This document shows, one piece after another, positions 25,068 to 34,913 of a DNA stretch of 64,000 nt. This DNA comes from Candidatus Moranbacteria bacterium RIFCSPHIGHO2_01_FULL_55_24 (GTDB lineage: Bacteria; Patescibacteriota; Minisyncoccia; Moranbacterales; UBA1568). Position numbers and translations under genes: made by a program. Each line of letters opens with the position of its first letter. The first letter of the stretch is position 1. The notes beneath the pieces were generated by a model that did not search any database, had not been told where the DNA came from, and worked only from the letters and a program-made list of their open reading frames with translations. The stretch is taken from the NCBI GenBank assembly GCA_001786575.1, contig MFRW01000011.1, positions 22,201-86,200 of the forward strand, read 5' to 3'.

Positions 25068-26075
25068 CTAGACGGCAATATGCTCCGCCATTTCGATCAG
25101 GCGGTTCGAGTAACCCCATTCGTTATCATACCACGCCACCACTTTCACCAGATCGCCATCGATGACCTTCGTAAGCGACAGATCGACTATGCTTGAAAAC
25201 GGATTGCCGATAAAGTCGGAAGAAACCAGCGGCTCTTCCGTTACCGCAAGCACTCCCTTGTAACGGGGCGATCCGGCAGCCGTCTTGAGCGCTTCATTGA
25301 TGGCTTCCGCAGTAGTTTTTTTCTTGAGCAGGAAAGTGAAGTCCGTCAGCGAGACGACCACTGTCGGGACCCGTATCGACAGTCCGTCAAAGCGGCCTTT
25401 GAGCTCCGGCATCACCTGGGTGACTGCAATCGCAGCACCGGTGGTCGTCGGTACGATGTTCTGCGCGGCTGCGCGGGCGCGCCGGAGATCCTTGTGCGGC
25501 CCATCCTGCAGGTTCTGGTCGGCCGTATAAGAATGGATCGTCGTCATGAGTGCCTTTTCGATACCGAAGAGTTCGTGGATCACCTGGGCTACCGGAGCGA
25601 GCGAATTGGTCGTGCAGGAAGCGTTCGAAATCACCTTCTCTTCCCCGTAGCGGTCATGATTCACCCCCATAAGGAAGGTGGGCACGCTCCCTTCTTCACC
25701 CTTCGAGGGAGCGGAGAGGATGACTTTTTTGGCGCCGGCATCAAGATGTTTCGAAGCGGCGTCCTTGTCGGTAAACCTTCCCGTACATTCGAGCACCACG
25801 TCTACCTGAAGTTTCCCCCACGGCAGCTTCTCCGGAACCGGTTCGGCATAGATCGGGTAACGCTTGCCGGAAACGACAAGCTCCGTCCCTTCCACGGAAA
25901 CCTTCTCGCGGAAATGCCCGTAGGCCGTGTCGTACTGGAGGAGATGCGCCAGCACTCCCGCCTCGGTCAGGTCGTTGATCGCGACGACTTCCAAGTCCGG
26001 CTTCTGAAGAGCGATCTTGAAGGCCGCGCGGCCGATACGGCCGAACCCGTTGATAGCAATCCTTTTTTTCTGCAT
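25068..26075 (-). CDS. gap: glyceraldehyde-3-phosphate dehydrogenase
   Basis: INGFGRIGR and the active site SNASCTTNSLAP. Confidence 0.97.
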   Translation of the reverse strand: MQKKRIAINGFGRIGRAAFKIALQKPDLEVVAINDLTEAGVLAHLLQYDTAYGHFREKVSVEGTELVVSGKRYPIYAEPVPEKLPWGKLQVDVVLECTGRFTDKDAASKHLDAGAKKVILSAPSKGEEGSVPTFLMGVNHDRYGEEKVISNASCTTNSLAPVAQVIHELFGIEKALMTTIHSYTADQNLQDGPHKDLRRARAAAQNIVPTTTGAAIAVTQVMPELKGRFDGLSIRVPTVVVSLTDFTFLLKKKTTAEAINEALKTAAGSPRYKGVLAVTEEPLVSSDFIGNPFSSIVDLSLTKVIDGDLVKVVAWYDNEWGYSNRLIEMAEHIAV

Positions 26076-26096
26076 ACGTTTTATCTTTACTCCTTT

Positions 26097-26954
26097 TTAT
26101 GCCTTCCCCGCGCTGCCGAAGGCTTCGATTTTCTTCTTCACCGCTTCCTTGGTGTACTCTCTCGCTGTTCCGAGAACTTTCCGCAGATCGGTCTCGTCTA
26201 CTGACTGGAGCATCTCACGCATCCCGCCGATGAAAGCGAGACGGATCGCCGTATCGACATTGAAACAGCTGATTCCGCGTTTGATCACCTCCGCGACACG
26301 CTCATTGTCCCAATCCGATGCTCCGTGGAGGACAAGCGGGAGCGAGACCAGGCTCTGGATCTTAGAGAGCCGCTCGTAGTCCGGCTCGCTCCGTTCCCGG
26401 AAGAATCCGTGGGCATTGCCGATAGCGACTGCGAGCGTATCGATGCCGGTCTCTTCGACAAAAGCTTTCGCCTGCTCGGGATCGGTCATGTACTGGTTCC
26501 AGTCCACCGTATCCATCTGCATCTCCCCGATATACGGGACATTTCCCAGTTCCGCTTGGACCGTGATTCCGCGGGCATGCGCGATCTCGACGATTTTCTT
26601 CGTCATCATGACGTTGTCGGCATATTCTTTGCGCGACCCATCATACATCACGGATGTGAATCCGATATCCATGGCCCGCTCGACGACTTCGAAACTTTTG
26701 CCGTGATCCAGATGGATTCCGACCGGGATATCCTTGGCATAGAATTCGGCGATGTTCGCGATGAGGTGGTAGATCCCGCGTCCGCCGGCGTATTCGAACG
26801 TCTTCTCGGTCACCTGCACGATGACGGGGGAAGACAGATCTTTGGCCGCCTCGATGATAGCCTGGGTCGTTTCAAGGTTGATGGTATTGAAAGCGCCGAC
26901 GGCGTATCCGCCCTCTTTCGCTTTCGCAAGGATGTCTTTGACATTGGTCAGCAT
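26097..26954 (-). CDS. fba: fructose-bisphosphate aldolase class II
   Basis: GGYAVGAFNTINLETTQAIIEAAKDLSSPVIVQV and the HLDHG metal site. Confidence 0.95.
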   Translation of the reverse strand: MLTNVKDILAKAKEGGYAVGAFNTINLETTQAIIEAAKDLSSPVIVQVTEKTFEYAGGRGIYHLIANIAEFYAKDIPVGIHLDHGKSFEVVERAMDIGFTSVMYDGSRKEYADNVMMTKKIVEIAHARGITVQAELGNVPYIGEMQMDTVDWNQYMTDPEQAKAFVEETGIDTLAVAIGNAHGFFRERSEPDYERLSKIQSLVSLPLVLHGASDWDNERVAEVIKRGISCFNVDTAIRLAFIGGMREMLQSVDETDLRKVLGTAREYTKEAVKKKIEAFGSAGKA

Positions 26955-26966
26955 AGGTAGAGCATT

Positions 26967-27749
26967 TCAGGCTTCGAGAGAAAGCGCCTGTTCTTCGAAG
27001 AGAGCAAGCATCTTCACGATCTCATAAGGGAAGAGACTTTCGCGGCCGACGAGAACCCCGTCCATCCCCGCTTCCCAGGATACCGCTCCGAGGAAAGAGC
27101 TTTTGACCGATCCTCCATAGAGTACCCGCACCCTTTCCGCGGCCTGGCTATCGAACATTTCGGCCAGAAGTTTCCGGATGAGCACTTTCACTTGAAGGAT
27201 CTCGTTGGTCGTCGGGAGCGTGTCTGTTCCGATGGCCCAGCGCGGCTCATAGGCGAGAATGATCTTTTCGGCCTGGAGTTTGGAAAGGCCTTCGAAAACC
27301 GCCTGCACCTGGTGTTCCAAGACGCGATCGGTTTCGCCCTGCGCTCGCTCTTCTCCGGTCTCTCCTACGCAGACGATCGGCACCATGAGCGCCTTCAGTA
27401 CGGCATGCGCCTTCTCCCGGACGATCCGGTCGTCTTCATTCCCGTATTGGCGCCGCTCGCTGTGACCGACAATCACGTATTCCACCCCGTCATTCTTGAG
27501 CATCACCGGCGAGAGCTCGCCGGTATAGGCGCCGCTCTTTTCCCAGAAGACATTCTGGGCACCCTTGGCGATACCTTGCGGCAATTCCGAAAACTCGTTC
27601 AGATAGAGCGCCGGCGGGCAAAGAACGCCAGCCGCATGTTCGAACTTCTTTCCGCTCATCTCACGCTGAAGCACCGAGAGATACTGACTCACCTCTTCAC
27701 GCGATAACGGATTCATCTTCAGGTTCCCGACAATGAGAAAACGTGCCAT
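26967..27749 (-). CDS. tpiA: triosephosphate isomerase
   Basis: GNLKMN and VGHSERR active-site motifs. Confidence 0.95.
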   Translation of the reverse strand: MARFLIVGNLKMNPLSREEVSQYLSVLQREMSGKKFEHAAGVLCPPALYLNEFSELPQGIAKGAQNVFWEKSGAYTGELSPVMLKNDGVEYVIVGHSERRQYGNEDDRIVREKAHAVLKALMVPIVCVGETGEERAQGETDRVLEHQVQAVFEGLSKLQAEKIILAYEPRWAIGTDTLPTTNEILQVKVLIRKLLAEMFDSQAAERVRVLYGGSVKSSFLGAVSWEAGMDGVLVGRESLFPYEIVKMLALFEEQALSLEA

Positions 27750-27766
27750 AACAGAGTATCAGAAAA

Positions 27767-28792
27767 TTATTGAAGCTGCTTACGGAGGAATTCTGCCGAG
27801 ACTTCCGGCAGGATAGTCGAGACTTCGATCCCGGTAGAGAGCTCGAAGCCCGCCCAAGTGGCCGTGCGCGGGATGATCTCTATATGCCACCGGTAGTGAG
27901 GATAATCGCTTCCGTCACAAGGAGCGGTGTGGATATAGAAGTTATACCCGGGATCATTGAGTCCTTGATGAAGGGCCCGCAAGCTGGCCTGAAGCGCCTC
28001 GGCGCAGGCGAATTTCTCTTCATCGGTAATGCGCTCGAAGTACGGGTTATGGCGCTTGCCGACTACCCATATTTCGAATGCGGCTCGCGAAGCGAACGGG
28101 CAGAATGCCACGAAGTGTTCATTCTCGAAAATCAGCCGTTTCCTGGCTTCCAGTTCATGCGCCACGATAACACTGAAAACGTCTTGCTTCGTGCTCCGAT
28201 AGTAGCGTTCGGCACCGGCAAGATCCAAAGAAAGCCCCGGAGAAACGACTGGAATCGCGATGAGTTGGGAGTGCGGATGGAGAACCGATGCTCCGGAACC
28301 CTTGCCGTGATTATGGAAAATCTGGATGTATTTGACCGTCTTCTTGTTCATGAGCGCCAAGTAGCGCTCCTGATAAGCGTCGATCACTTCAGCGACCTGC
28401 CAGGTATCGAGGAGCGCGAGCGAACGCTTTGGGTCTCGGGTGACGATTATCTCATGGTGTCCGACACCGCTCATCGCGAAGTATGGGCCTTCCGAGAGAT
28501 CTTTCGCCGTCCGGCTGTTTTGCACGACCGGAAACTTATTCGGAAAAACCCGCAAGCTCCAATCACCGTCATCGCGCCGATAGATAAGGACGTCCTTTTC
28601 TTGTCCGCTCGCTTCAGGGTCTTCAAAAGGATCGCTCTTAGGCTCTTGTACCGGCTGTTCCGCACTCACGAAATCGTCCGGCCGTTTCGCCCGCGCCGTC
28701 GCTATCACCACCCAATCCCCCGTGACGATATCCTGGCGGATTTCCGATTCAGAGGGATGTGCTTTTTTGTTTTCTCCTTTTTTGACTGGCAT
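27767..28792 (-). CDS. galT: galactose-1-phosphate uridylyltransferase (HIT superfamily, GalT type)
   Basis: HPHSQLIAIPVV (GalT HPH motif) and FENEHFVAFCPFASRAAFEIWV. Confidence 0.85.
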   Translation of the reverse strand: MPVKKGENKKAHPSESEIRQDIVTGDWVVIATARAKRPDDFVSAEQPVQEPKSDPFEDPEASGQEKDVLIYRRDDGDWSLRVFPNKFPVVQNSRTAKDLSEGPYFAMSGVGHHEIIVTRDPKRSLALLDTWQVAEVIDAYQERYLALMNKKTVKYIQIFHNHGKGSGASVLHPHSQLIAIPVVSPGLSLDLAGAERYYRSTKQDVFSVIVAHELEARKRLIFENEHFVAFCPFASRAAFEIWVVGKRHNPYFERITDEEKFACAEALQASLRALHQGLNDPGYNFYIHTAPCDGSDYPHYRWHIEIIPRTATWAGFELSTGIEVSTILPEVSAEFLRKQLQ

Positions 28793-28834
28793 TTTTTTCT
28801 TTTTGGTTTCGAAAGGAATGAGCCTGGCCGAACT

Positions 28835-29605
28835 TTACGCTTCAGCTTGCGATTTGCGATACTCGCGGACACGGTAAGCTCCTGTAAGGAAACGCCACCT
28901 TGTCTTGAAGAGATCGATGATCACCTGGATGAACCCGTTCTTGCCGGTAAGAGAGACAGTCGATCCTTCTTCGTTCATCCAGCGTACCGGCATCTGTTTC
29001 ACTCGGAACCCGAGCTTTTCAGAAAGCGCGATGAGCTCGAAGTCGAATCCGAAACGGTCCACTACCATGCGATTCGCGACTGCTTCGGCCGCCTTGGCCG
29101 AGAGTATCTTGAACCCGCACTGGGTATCCGGATACGCCCACAGTCCGAGAACGATTCGGATCAGCCAATTCCCCATATCGCCCATGATCTCGCGGTGTTT
29201 CGGCTGGTGTACCTGGATGAATGCGCCTTCTATGTCGCGGGAGCCGATAACCACATCGTAGCCTTCTTCGAATTGCGGGAGGAATGCGTCGAGATGAGTA
29301 ATCGAAGTAGAGCCGTCAGCATCGAGAAATACCCGGTACCGGCCCGTGGCTTCGAGAAGCCCTTGGCGGACGACGTAGCCCTTGCCATGGTTCTCCTTGT
29401 TATCGATAACGCGTACATGCGGGATCTGGAGGGCGTAATTGCGCGCGATTTCAGCAGTATTGTCCGGGGAGCCATCGACGACAATGAGGATTTCGTAGGT
29501 GTAATTCTTGCTTTTGAGGTATTTGTCGATTTCGAGAAGATTGCGTCCGATACGCTCACCTTCCTTATAGGAAGGTATGATGACAGAGAGAAACGGCTGT
29601 TCCAT
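28835..29605 (-). CDS. GT2 family glycosyltransferase, polyprenol-phosphate sugar synthase-like (Dpm1/Ppm1/GtrB-like)
   Basis: LSVIIPSYKEGERIGRNL, DGSPDNT and DADGST motifs (GT-A DXD). Confidence 0.85.
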   Translation of the reverse strand: MEQPFLSVIIPSYKEGERIGRNLLEIDKYLKSKNYTYEILIVVDGSPDNTAEIARNYALQIPHVRVIDNKENHGKGYVVRQGLLEATGRYRVFLDADGSTSITHLDAFLPQFEEGYDVVIGSRDIEGAFIQVHQPKHREIMGDMGNWLIRIVLGLWAYPDTQCGFKILSAKAAEAVANRMVVDRFGFDFELIALSEKLGFRVKQMPVRWMNEEGSTVSLTGKNGFIQVIIDLFKTRWRFLTGAYRVREYRKSQAEA

Positions 29606-29646
29606 AGGTCAAGAGAAGAATTCAAAAAATTATGGATTCCAAGAAT

Positions 29647-29674
29647 ATTTTACCATAATCATGCGTATTTCCAA
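29647..29674 (-). promoter_or_regulatory. candidate promoter (TTGGAA-16-TGGTAAAAT, extended -10) for the GT2-galT-tpiA-fba-gap operon
   Basis: Reverse complement of 29669-29674 is TTGGAA; rc of 29647-29655 is TGGTAAAAT. Confidence 0.45.
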
Positions 29675-29709
29675 AGAAAAAAGGAGGTTATCTATCGGAA
29701 TAACCTCCT
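29675..29709 (-). terminator. rho-independent terminator downstream of ruvX
   Basis: Perfect 10-bp inverted repeat AGGAGGTTAT/ATAACCTCCT (8-nt loop) followed on the minus strand by UUUUUUCUUUGG. Confidence 0.6.
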
Positions 29710-29745
29710 CATTCGAGAGTGCTCAAGGAGCTCCTGTCCCTCTTC

Positions 29746-30168
29746 TCAAAAATCAGCGTCGGCAGCCTCGCTCTCGCCCTTATCCAGCCACTCCTGAAGG
29801 AGGATACGAGCAGCTTCCGCATCGTCGTATGCGCTGATGCTCTTCTTCTGCGTTTCAGCCAGATTCGCCTGGGCCATCTTGCTCGTGAACATCTCGTTCT
29901 GCATGATGACTCGCACGCCGAGTTCCTTTTCCAGTTTCTCCCGGAATGCCTGGATTTCCGCTCCGGTATTCGCTTCCGGATGCTCCGGATCGCCCAAGAT
30001 GACCGTTCCGATCTCTTCCATGAGGACCACTTCCCCGAGGGTCGGCCAGAAATTCGTATCCATCGGCCAGATGCCGTAAGCGACAGCGATCCTGGTTTCC
30101 GCGTGCGCCAAAGCCACCCCGATTTTGGCCTTCCCCCAGTCGATTCCTAAGAAGTTCTTGGATTCCAT
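29746..30168 (-). CDS. ruvX: Holliday junction resolvase-like putative pre-16S rRNA nuclease YqgF/RuvX
   Basis: NFLGIDWGKAKIGVALAHAETRIAVAYG (RNase H-like fold N-terminus); start placed at the internal ATG (MESKNF). Confidence 0.85.
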   Translation of the reverse strand: MESKNFLGIDWGKAKIGVALAHAETRIAVAYGIWPMDTNFWPTLGEVVLMEEIGTVILGDPEHPEANTGAEIQAFREKLEKELGVRVIMQNEMFTSKMAQANLAETQKKSISAYDDAEAARILLQEWLDKGESEAADADF

Positions 30169-30202
30169 ATATTCAATTATAAGGGAATCCCCTTTAAAAA
30201 GC

Positions 30203-30973
30203 CTAGAGGCGCGTGAGGTTCTCTGCGCCATCATCCGTGATAACGATCGTGTCTTCGAAATGAGCGGACAGGCTGCCGTCGCTCGTAACGAAAGTCCATC
30301 CGTCGGAAGCGATCTTCACATAGAACTTGCCGGCATTCACCATCGGCTCGAGCGCGAGCGTCATCCCCTTCTCGAATGTTACGTTCGGCAGGTCCCTGGT
30401 CACATAATTCGGAATCTGGATGTCTTCATGGAGCTCGCGGCCGACGCTATGCCCAACCAAGTCGCGCACTACCGAAAAACCGTTCTGCTCGACATGGTCC
30501 TGGACGGCCCTGGCATAGTCTTTCACCCGCGCCCCGGGCCGGAGCACGGAGATTCCGGCAAGCAGACTCTCTTCTGTCACGCGCATGAGCTTCTCGGCTT
30601 CCGGCGAGATTTTGCCGATAGCGACTGTCCTGGCCATATCGGACACCATGCCTTCGAAGCGCATGCCGATATCCAGCTTCAAGATATCTCCGTCTTTCAA
30701 GATCCGGTTCTTCGACGGAATACCGTGCACTACCTCGTCATTGAGAGACGTGCAGAGCGATCCCGGGAACGGTCGGCCGCTTGAAGCTCCATAGCCTTTG
30801 AAGATCGGGGTGCCTGAAGCTTCATGAATGAGCTTCTCCGCGAGCGCGTCCAGTTCGAATGTACTCACGCCAGGGCGCGCCTCGCGCATGACAGCCGCGA
30901 GCACGGAAGCGAGACGCTTCCCTGATTCACGGAGGCTTTTGATTTCGGATTCGGTCTTTATGAAAAGATTCAT
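30203..30973 (-). CDS. map: methionine aminopeptidase type I
   Basis: Pita-bread fold motifs VVHGIPS, DILKLDIG and HEDIQIPNY. Confidence 0.95.
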   Translation of the reverse strand: MNLFIKTESEIKSLRESGKRLASVLAAVMREARPGVSTFELDALAEKLIHEASGTPIFKGYGASSGRPFPGSLCTSLNDEVVHGIPSKNRILKDGDILKLDIGMRFEGMVSDMARTVAIGKISPEAEKLMRVTEESLLAGISVLRPGARVKDYARAVQDHVEQNGFSVVRDLVGHSVGRELHEDIQIPNYVTRDLPNVTFEKGMTLALEPMVNAGKFYVKIASDGWTFVTSDGSLSAHFEDTIVITDDGAENLTRL

Positions 30974-31650
30974 GCGTGGTCGTGCTTACTGGTCTTGGCA
31001 AGGATGTCGCGATAGATGGCATCCGCACCCTGATTGCCATCGATCCTGGCGAGCGTTCCCTCGCGTTCGAAGTACTCGATGACCGGAAGAGTCTCCTCCT
31101 GGAAGATCTGGAAGCGCTTGCGCACCCCCTCTTTCGTATCGTCCTTGCGCTGGCCGATCTTTCCGCCGCAAGCTTCGCAGGTGCCGCCGGCTTCATCGTG
31201 GAGGTCCTTGCCGAGAATGTACGGGCGATGACAGCCGAAGCAGAGATAGCGGCGCGAGATGCGCCCGATGGACTCCTCCTCGGAAATCTCGATGAAGATC
31301 GCTTTGGTGAGCGAGCGGCCGAACTCCTGAAGCACAGCCAGGACCGGCTGGATCTGCGAAACGCGGCGCGGCGCACCATCCAGAAGGATGCCCTTGCTTT
31401 GCGGTACGCGTTCCAGAGCCATCCGCAGCACCGTGCTCACGGTTTCGTCAGGGACGAGCTCGCGGCGGCGATTCACGATATCGTTCAGTTCACGTCCGAA
31501 CGACGTGTCCTGTTCCGCAGCCGCCCGCAGTTCGGAACCGATATCGATATGCACCAAATCGAAAGCCTTGCGCAAGAGCTCGGCCTGGGTGCTTTTCCCG
31601 CTCCCGGGAGGACCGAGAAGGATGTAGTTATGCTCCAAAGATGAGACCAT
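30970..31650 (-). CDS. adk: adenylate kinase with zinc-binding lid
   Basis: ILLGPPGSGKSTQAELL and lid CFGCHRPY...CEACGGK. Confidence 0.95.
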   Translation of the reverse strand: MVSSLEHNYILLGPPGSGKSTQAELLRKAFDLVHIDIGSELRAAAEQDTSFGRELNDIVNRRRELVPDETVSTVLRMALERVPQSKGILLDGAPRRVSQIQPVLAVLQEFGRSLTKAIFIEISEEESIGRISRRYLCFGCHRPYILGKDLHDEAGGTCEACGGKIGQRKDDTKEGVRKRFQIFQEETLPVIEYFEREGTLARIDGNQGADAIYRDILAKTSKHDHA

Positions 31651-31653
31651 GGC

Positions 31654-32937
31654 TTAGAATGTTTCGTAGCTCCGCATCATCACCTGGCTCTGTATATGCT
31701 TGATCGTCTCAAGCACGACCGACACTACGATGAGAATACTGACGCCGCCCAAGGAGAGCGACTGGATACCGGTCATGCCCTGAACAATGAACGGCATGAC
31801 TGCGATCGCCCCGAGGAAGAGCGCTCCGGCAAGCGTGATGCGGTTGATGATGTGGTAGAGATACTCGGCCGTAGTATTCCCCGGGCGGATGCCTGGGATG
31901 TAACCGCCTTGCTTCTGCAGATTCTCGGCGATCTTGTTCGGATCGAACACGACGGCGGTGTAGAAATATGTGAACACCACGACGAGCAGGAAGTAGACTG
32001 ATCCGTAGACCCACTGGTTCTGAAGCCACGCGCCGATCGAGAGAGCATACGCGGCGACGTTTCCGGAAGCACTCTGGGCGAGGAAATTCGCGATCATCGT
32101 CGGAATGAGGATGAGCGAGACGGCGAAAATGATCGGGATCACGCCGGCTTGGTTCACCTTGAGCGGCAAGTGTGTGGAACTGCCTCCATAAGTCTCCGCT
32201 CCGCGGACTCTCTTGGCATAGGCGACCGGGATGGTACGCTGGCCTTCATTGACGAAGATCACTCCGGCGATGGTAACGGCGCCGACTGCGAAGAAGAGCA
32301 GATACGTGAAGAACTGCGACGGATCCCAGGTCGCGATGACGCGGGAAAGAGCAGTCGGGAGACTCGAGACGATACCGGCGAAGATGATCATCGATACGCC
32401 GTTTCCCAAACCTTTTTCGGTGATGAGCTCTCCTAACCACATGAGGAAGATGGTACCGGCAGTCGCGCTGACGATAATGACTGCCATCGTGAAGGGTTCG
32501 ATCGTGCCGAGGATATTCTGGCTGCGGAGGAGCGAGAGCATGCTGAATGACTGGAGCGCGGCAAGCGGCACCGTCAGCCAGCGGGTAATCATATTGAACT
32601 TCTGGCGGCCCTGCTCGCCTTCTTCCTTATAGAGGCGCTCCAGCGAAGGCACGAGCGTCGTCATAAGCTGCATGATGATCGAAGCCGTGATATAGGGCGC
32701 GACGCCCAAAAGCATGATCGAGATGTTGGAAAGTCCGCCACCGGAAAAGATATTGAGAAGACCTAAGAAGGCATTCTCTTCGAACAGCTGCTTCAGAGCG
32801 AATACGTCGACTCCGGGGAGCGGGATATTGGCCGCTACCCGGTACACGACCAGGATTCCCAAGATGAAGAGGAGCTTATTGCGGAGCGTCGGCACCTGGA
32901 AGATATTTGCAAGCACTTGCCACATAGGAAAAATCAA
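31654..32937 (-). CDS. secY: preprotein translocase subunit SecY
   Basis: NKLLFILGILVVYRVAANIPLPGV and 10 TM helices. Confidence 0.95.
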   Translation of the reverse strand: MIFPMWQVLANIFQVPTLRNKLLFILGILVVYRVAANIPLPGVDVFALKQLFEENAFLGLLNIFSGGGLSNISIMLLGVAPYITASIIMQLMTTLVPSLERLYKEEGEQGRQKFNMITRWLTVPLAALQSFSMLSLLRSQNILGTIEPFTMAVIIVSATAGTIFLMWLGELITEKGLGNGVSMIIFAGIVSSLPTALSRVIATWDPSQFFTYLLFFAVGAVTIAGVIFVNEGQRTIPVAYAKRVRGAETYGGSSTHLPLKVNQAGVIPIIFAVSLILIPTMIANFLAQSASGNVAAYALSIGAWLQNQWVYGSVYFLLVVVFTYFYTAVVFDPNKIAENLQKQGGYIPGIRPGNTTAEYLYHIINRITLAGALFLGAIAVMPFIVQGMTGIQSLSLGGVSILIVVSVVLETIKHIQSQVMMRSYETF

Positions 32938-32982
32938 AAAAGCGGTTGTACAGCCAGTATATCCTAAAAAAAGGTGGCTGGT

Positions 32983-33405
32983 CTAGCCAGCCACCCCGAG
33001 CGCCTCGCGCGCCTTTTCTGAAGTTTTGATGCCCTCTTCGAGGGAAAGCTTCTTTTTGGTCGTGCCGGTGGCGACGATCTTGACACCCGCAGACAAAGCT
33101 TTTTTGGAAACGACGTTCCTCTCTACGAGGAGTGCGACGGTCACGGTTTCACCGTTCTCGAACGCCCGGTCAATTTCGGCAAGCGTTACGGTATACTTCT
33201 GCGGATTGACGGCTTTGCGGCCCCGGACCTTCTTCAGGCGCTCCACGAAGGTCGAGCGTCCTCCTTCGAACAACGGGTCTACCGAAGCGCCGGAACGCGC
33301 TTTCTGGCCCTTGCTGCCGCGACCGGAAGTCGTACCGCGCTTTCCGCCGCGGCCGATACGTTTCTTGCCTTTACGGCCGGTTACTGAAAGTTGATGGATC
33401 TGCAT
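32983..33405 (-). CDS. rplO: 50S ribosomal protein L15
   Basis: RKGKKRIGRGGKRGTTSGRGSKGQKARSG. Confidence 0.95.
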   Translation of the reverse strand: MQIHQLSVTGRKGKKRIGRGGKRGTTSGRGSKGQKARSGASVDPLFEGGRSTFVERLKKVRGRKAVNPQKYTVTLAEIDRAFENGETVTVALLVERNVVSKKALSAGVKIVATGTTKKKLSLEEGIKTSEKAREALGVAG

Positions 33406-33426
33406 AGCACTATTCTTTAGGATACA

Positions 33427-33948
33427 TTAGGCGGTGGCTTCTTCTGTCTTTTCTGAAACAGGTTCCTGGAGAACTTCTTCTTTCGGAGCCTTGAGCTGCA
33501 GAAGAGCCTTTACGGTCACGCGCGCTACATTGAGAGGATTCGAAGCCCCGAGAGACTTCGAAACGATATCTTTCACTCCGAGCAAGTCCACGACGGCACG
33601 CACGGCACCGCCGGCGATTACGCCCTGTCCTGGACGTCCCGGCTTCAGGAGTACCTTGGCGCTTCCGAGCTTCGCCTGGATGTCATGAGGAATAGTGGTC
33701 CCGACGAGCGCCACATCTACCAGGTTCTTCTTCGCATCATTGTAAGCCTTCTGGATAGCATCGGAAACATCGGAGCCCTTCGCGACACCTACGCCGACTT
33801 TCCCCTTGCGATTGCCGATCACGAGCGTCGCCCGGAAACGGAAACGGCGTCCACCCTTCACCACACGCGTCACGCGCGCCAAATTCAGGAGCTTCTGTTC
33901 AAACTCCGGCTTCTCGCGTCTCATTGTTTTTCTGCCCTGCTTTGCCAT
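33427..33948 (-). CDS. rpsE: 30S ribosomal protein S5
   Basis: RVTRVVKGGRRFRFRATLVIGNRKGKVGVGVAKG. Confidence 0.95.
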   Translation of the reverse strand: MAKQGRKTMRREKPEFEQKLLNLARVTRVVKGGRRFRFRATLVIGNRKGKVGVGVAKGSDVSDAIQKAYNDAKKNLVDVALVGTTIPHDIQAKLGSAKVLLKPGRPGQGVIAGGAVRAVVDLLGVKDIVSKSLGASNPLNVARVTVKALLQLKAPKEEVLQEPVSEKTEEATA

Positions 33949-33983
33949 ATGGTTGTGGTCTCGGAAAGTTCCTTAATGCTTGA

Positions 33984-34340
33984 TTAGATCTTGATGCCTT
34001 GGGAGCGGAGCCCGTCTGCGAGCGCCTTCACCTTCCCATGATACTTGTATCCGGCACGGTCGAAAACGCCTTCCTCGATGCCCTTGGCCTTGAGCCGGTC
34101 TGCGAGCATCTTGCCGACCTTCTCCGCGCCTTCCTGGGTATGCTTCGGTGTCTTGCCAGTCTCGGCGAGGGTCGCTTGCGCGAGCGTCACGCCCTGGACA
34201 TCATCGATGGCCTGAACATAGAGGGATCGGAGACTGCGGAAAACAGCGATACGCGGACAAGTCGCGGTACCAGAAACCTTCGCCCGGACTCGGCGCTTGC
34301 GGCTGATGCGATTCTCTTTTCTTTCTGTGCGTTTCAACAT
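33984..34340 (-). CDS. rplR: 50S ribosomal protein L18
   Basis: RKRRVRAKVSGTATCPRIAVFRSLRSLYVQAIDD. Confidence 0.95.
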   Translation of the reverse strand: MLKRTERKENRISRKRRVRAKVSGTATCPRIAVFRSLRSLYVQAIDDVQGVTLAQATLAETGKTPKHTQEGAEKVGKMLADRLKAKGIEEGVFDRAGYKYHGKVKALADGLRSQGIKI

Positions 34341-34363
34341 AGGATTTTCTTCACTTCAAAGCT

Positions 34364-34900
34364 TTAAGAAGCAGCTTTCTTGCCTTCCTTGCGGCGAACG
34401 GTTTCGCCCACGTACCGGAAGCCTTTGCCCTTGTACGGCTCAACCGGCTTCAGCTTGCGGACGATGGCAGCGAACTGGCCGACCGCCTGTTTGTCGATGC
34501 CGGAAACCGTCATCACATTGCCCTCGATTTTCGCTTCAAGCCCTTCCGGAACAGCGACTTCTACCGGGTGAGAGAATCCCAATGCGAGGTTCAGCTTATT
34601 GCCCTGGGCAGCCATGCGGTAGCCCACGCCGTTCAACTCGAGCTGTTTCTGGAAACCTTCGGTCACGCCGGAAAGCATGTTGTCGATCAGCTTCGCAGTC
34701 GTCCCCCAGAGTGCCTGGGCGAGTTTGGTCGTTCCGATCTTCTCAACAGCCACGACTCCTCCATCGATGGATACCTTCACCTCGCGGCGAAGCGTGAGCG
34801 TGAGCGTTCCTTTCGGTCCCTTGGCGGTAAGCACGTTGGCAGAGAGCGTCAGTTCTGCGCCGTTCGGGATCTGTACTGGTTTTTTGCCGATTCTACTCAT
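34364..34900 (-). CDS. rplF: 50S ribosomal protein L6
   Basis: MSRIGKKPVQIPNGAELT, two L6 repeats. Confidence 0.95.
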   Translation of the reverse strand: MSRIGKKPVQIPNGAELTLSANVLTAKGPKGTLTLTLRREVKVSIDGGVVAVEKIGTTKLAQALWGTTAKLIDNMLSGVTEGFQKQLELNGVGYRMAAQGNKLNLALGFSHPVEVAVPEGLEAKIEGNVMTVSGIDKQAVGQFAAIVRKLKPVEPYKGKGFRYVGETVRRKEGKKAAS

Positions 34901-34913
34901 AGTGTTTGCTTCT

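Noticed and set aside
27770-29797. 675-aa plus-strand ORF
   Set aside because: It spans the antisense strand of galT and the GT2 gene, both of which have diagnostic motifs.
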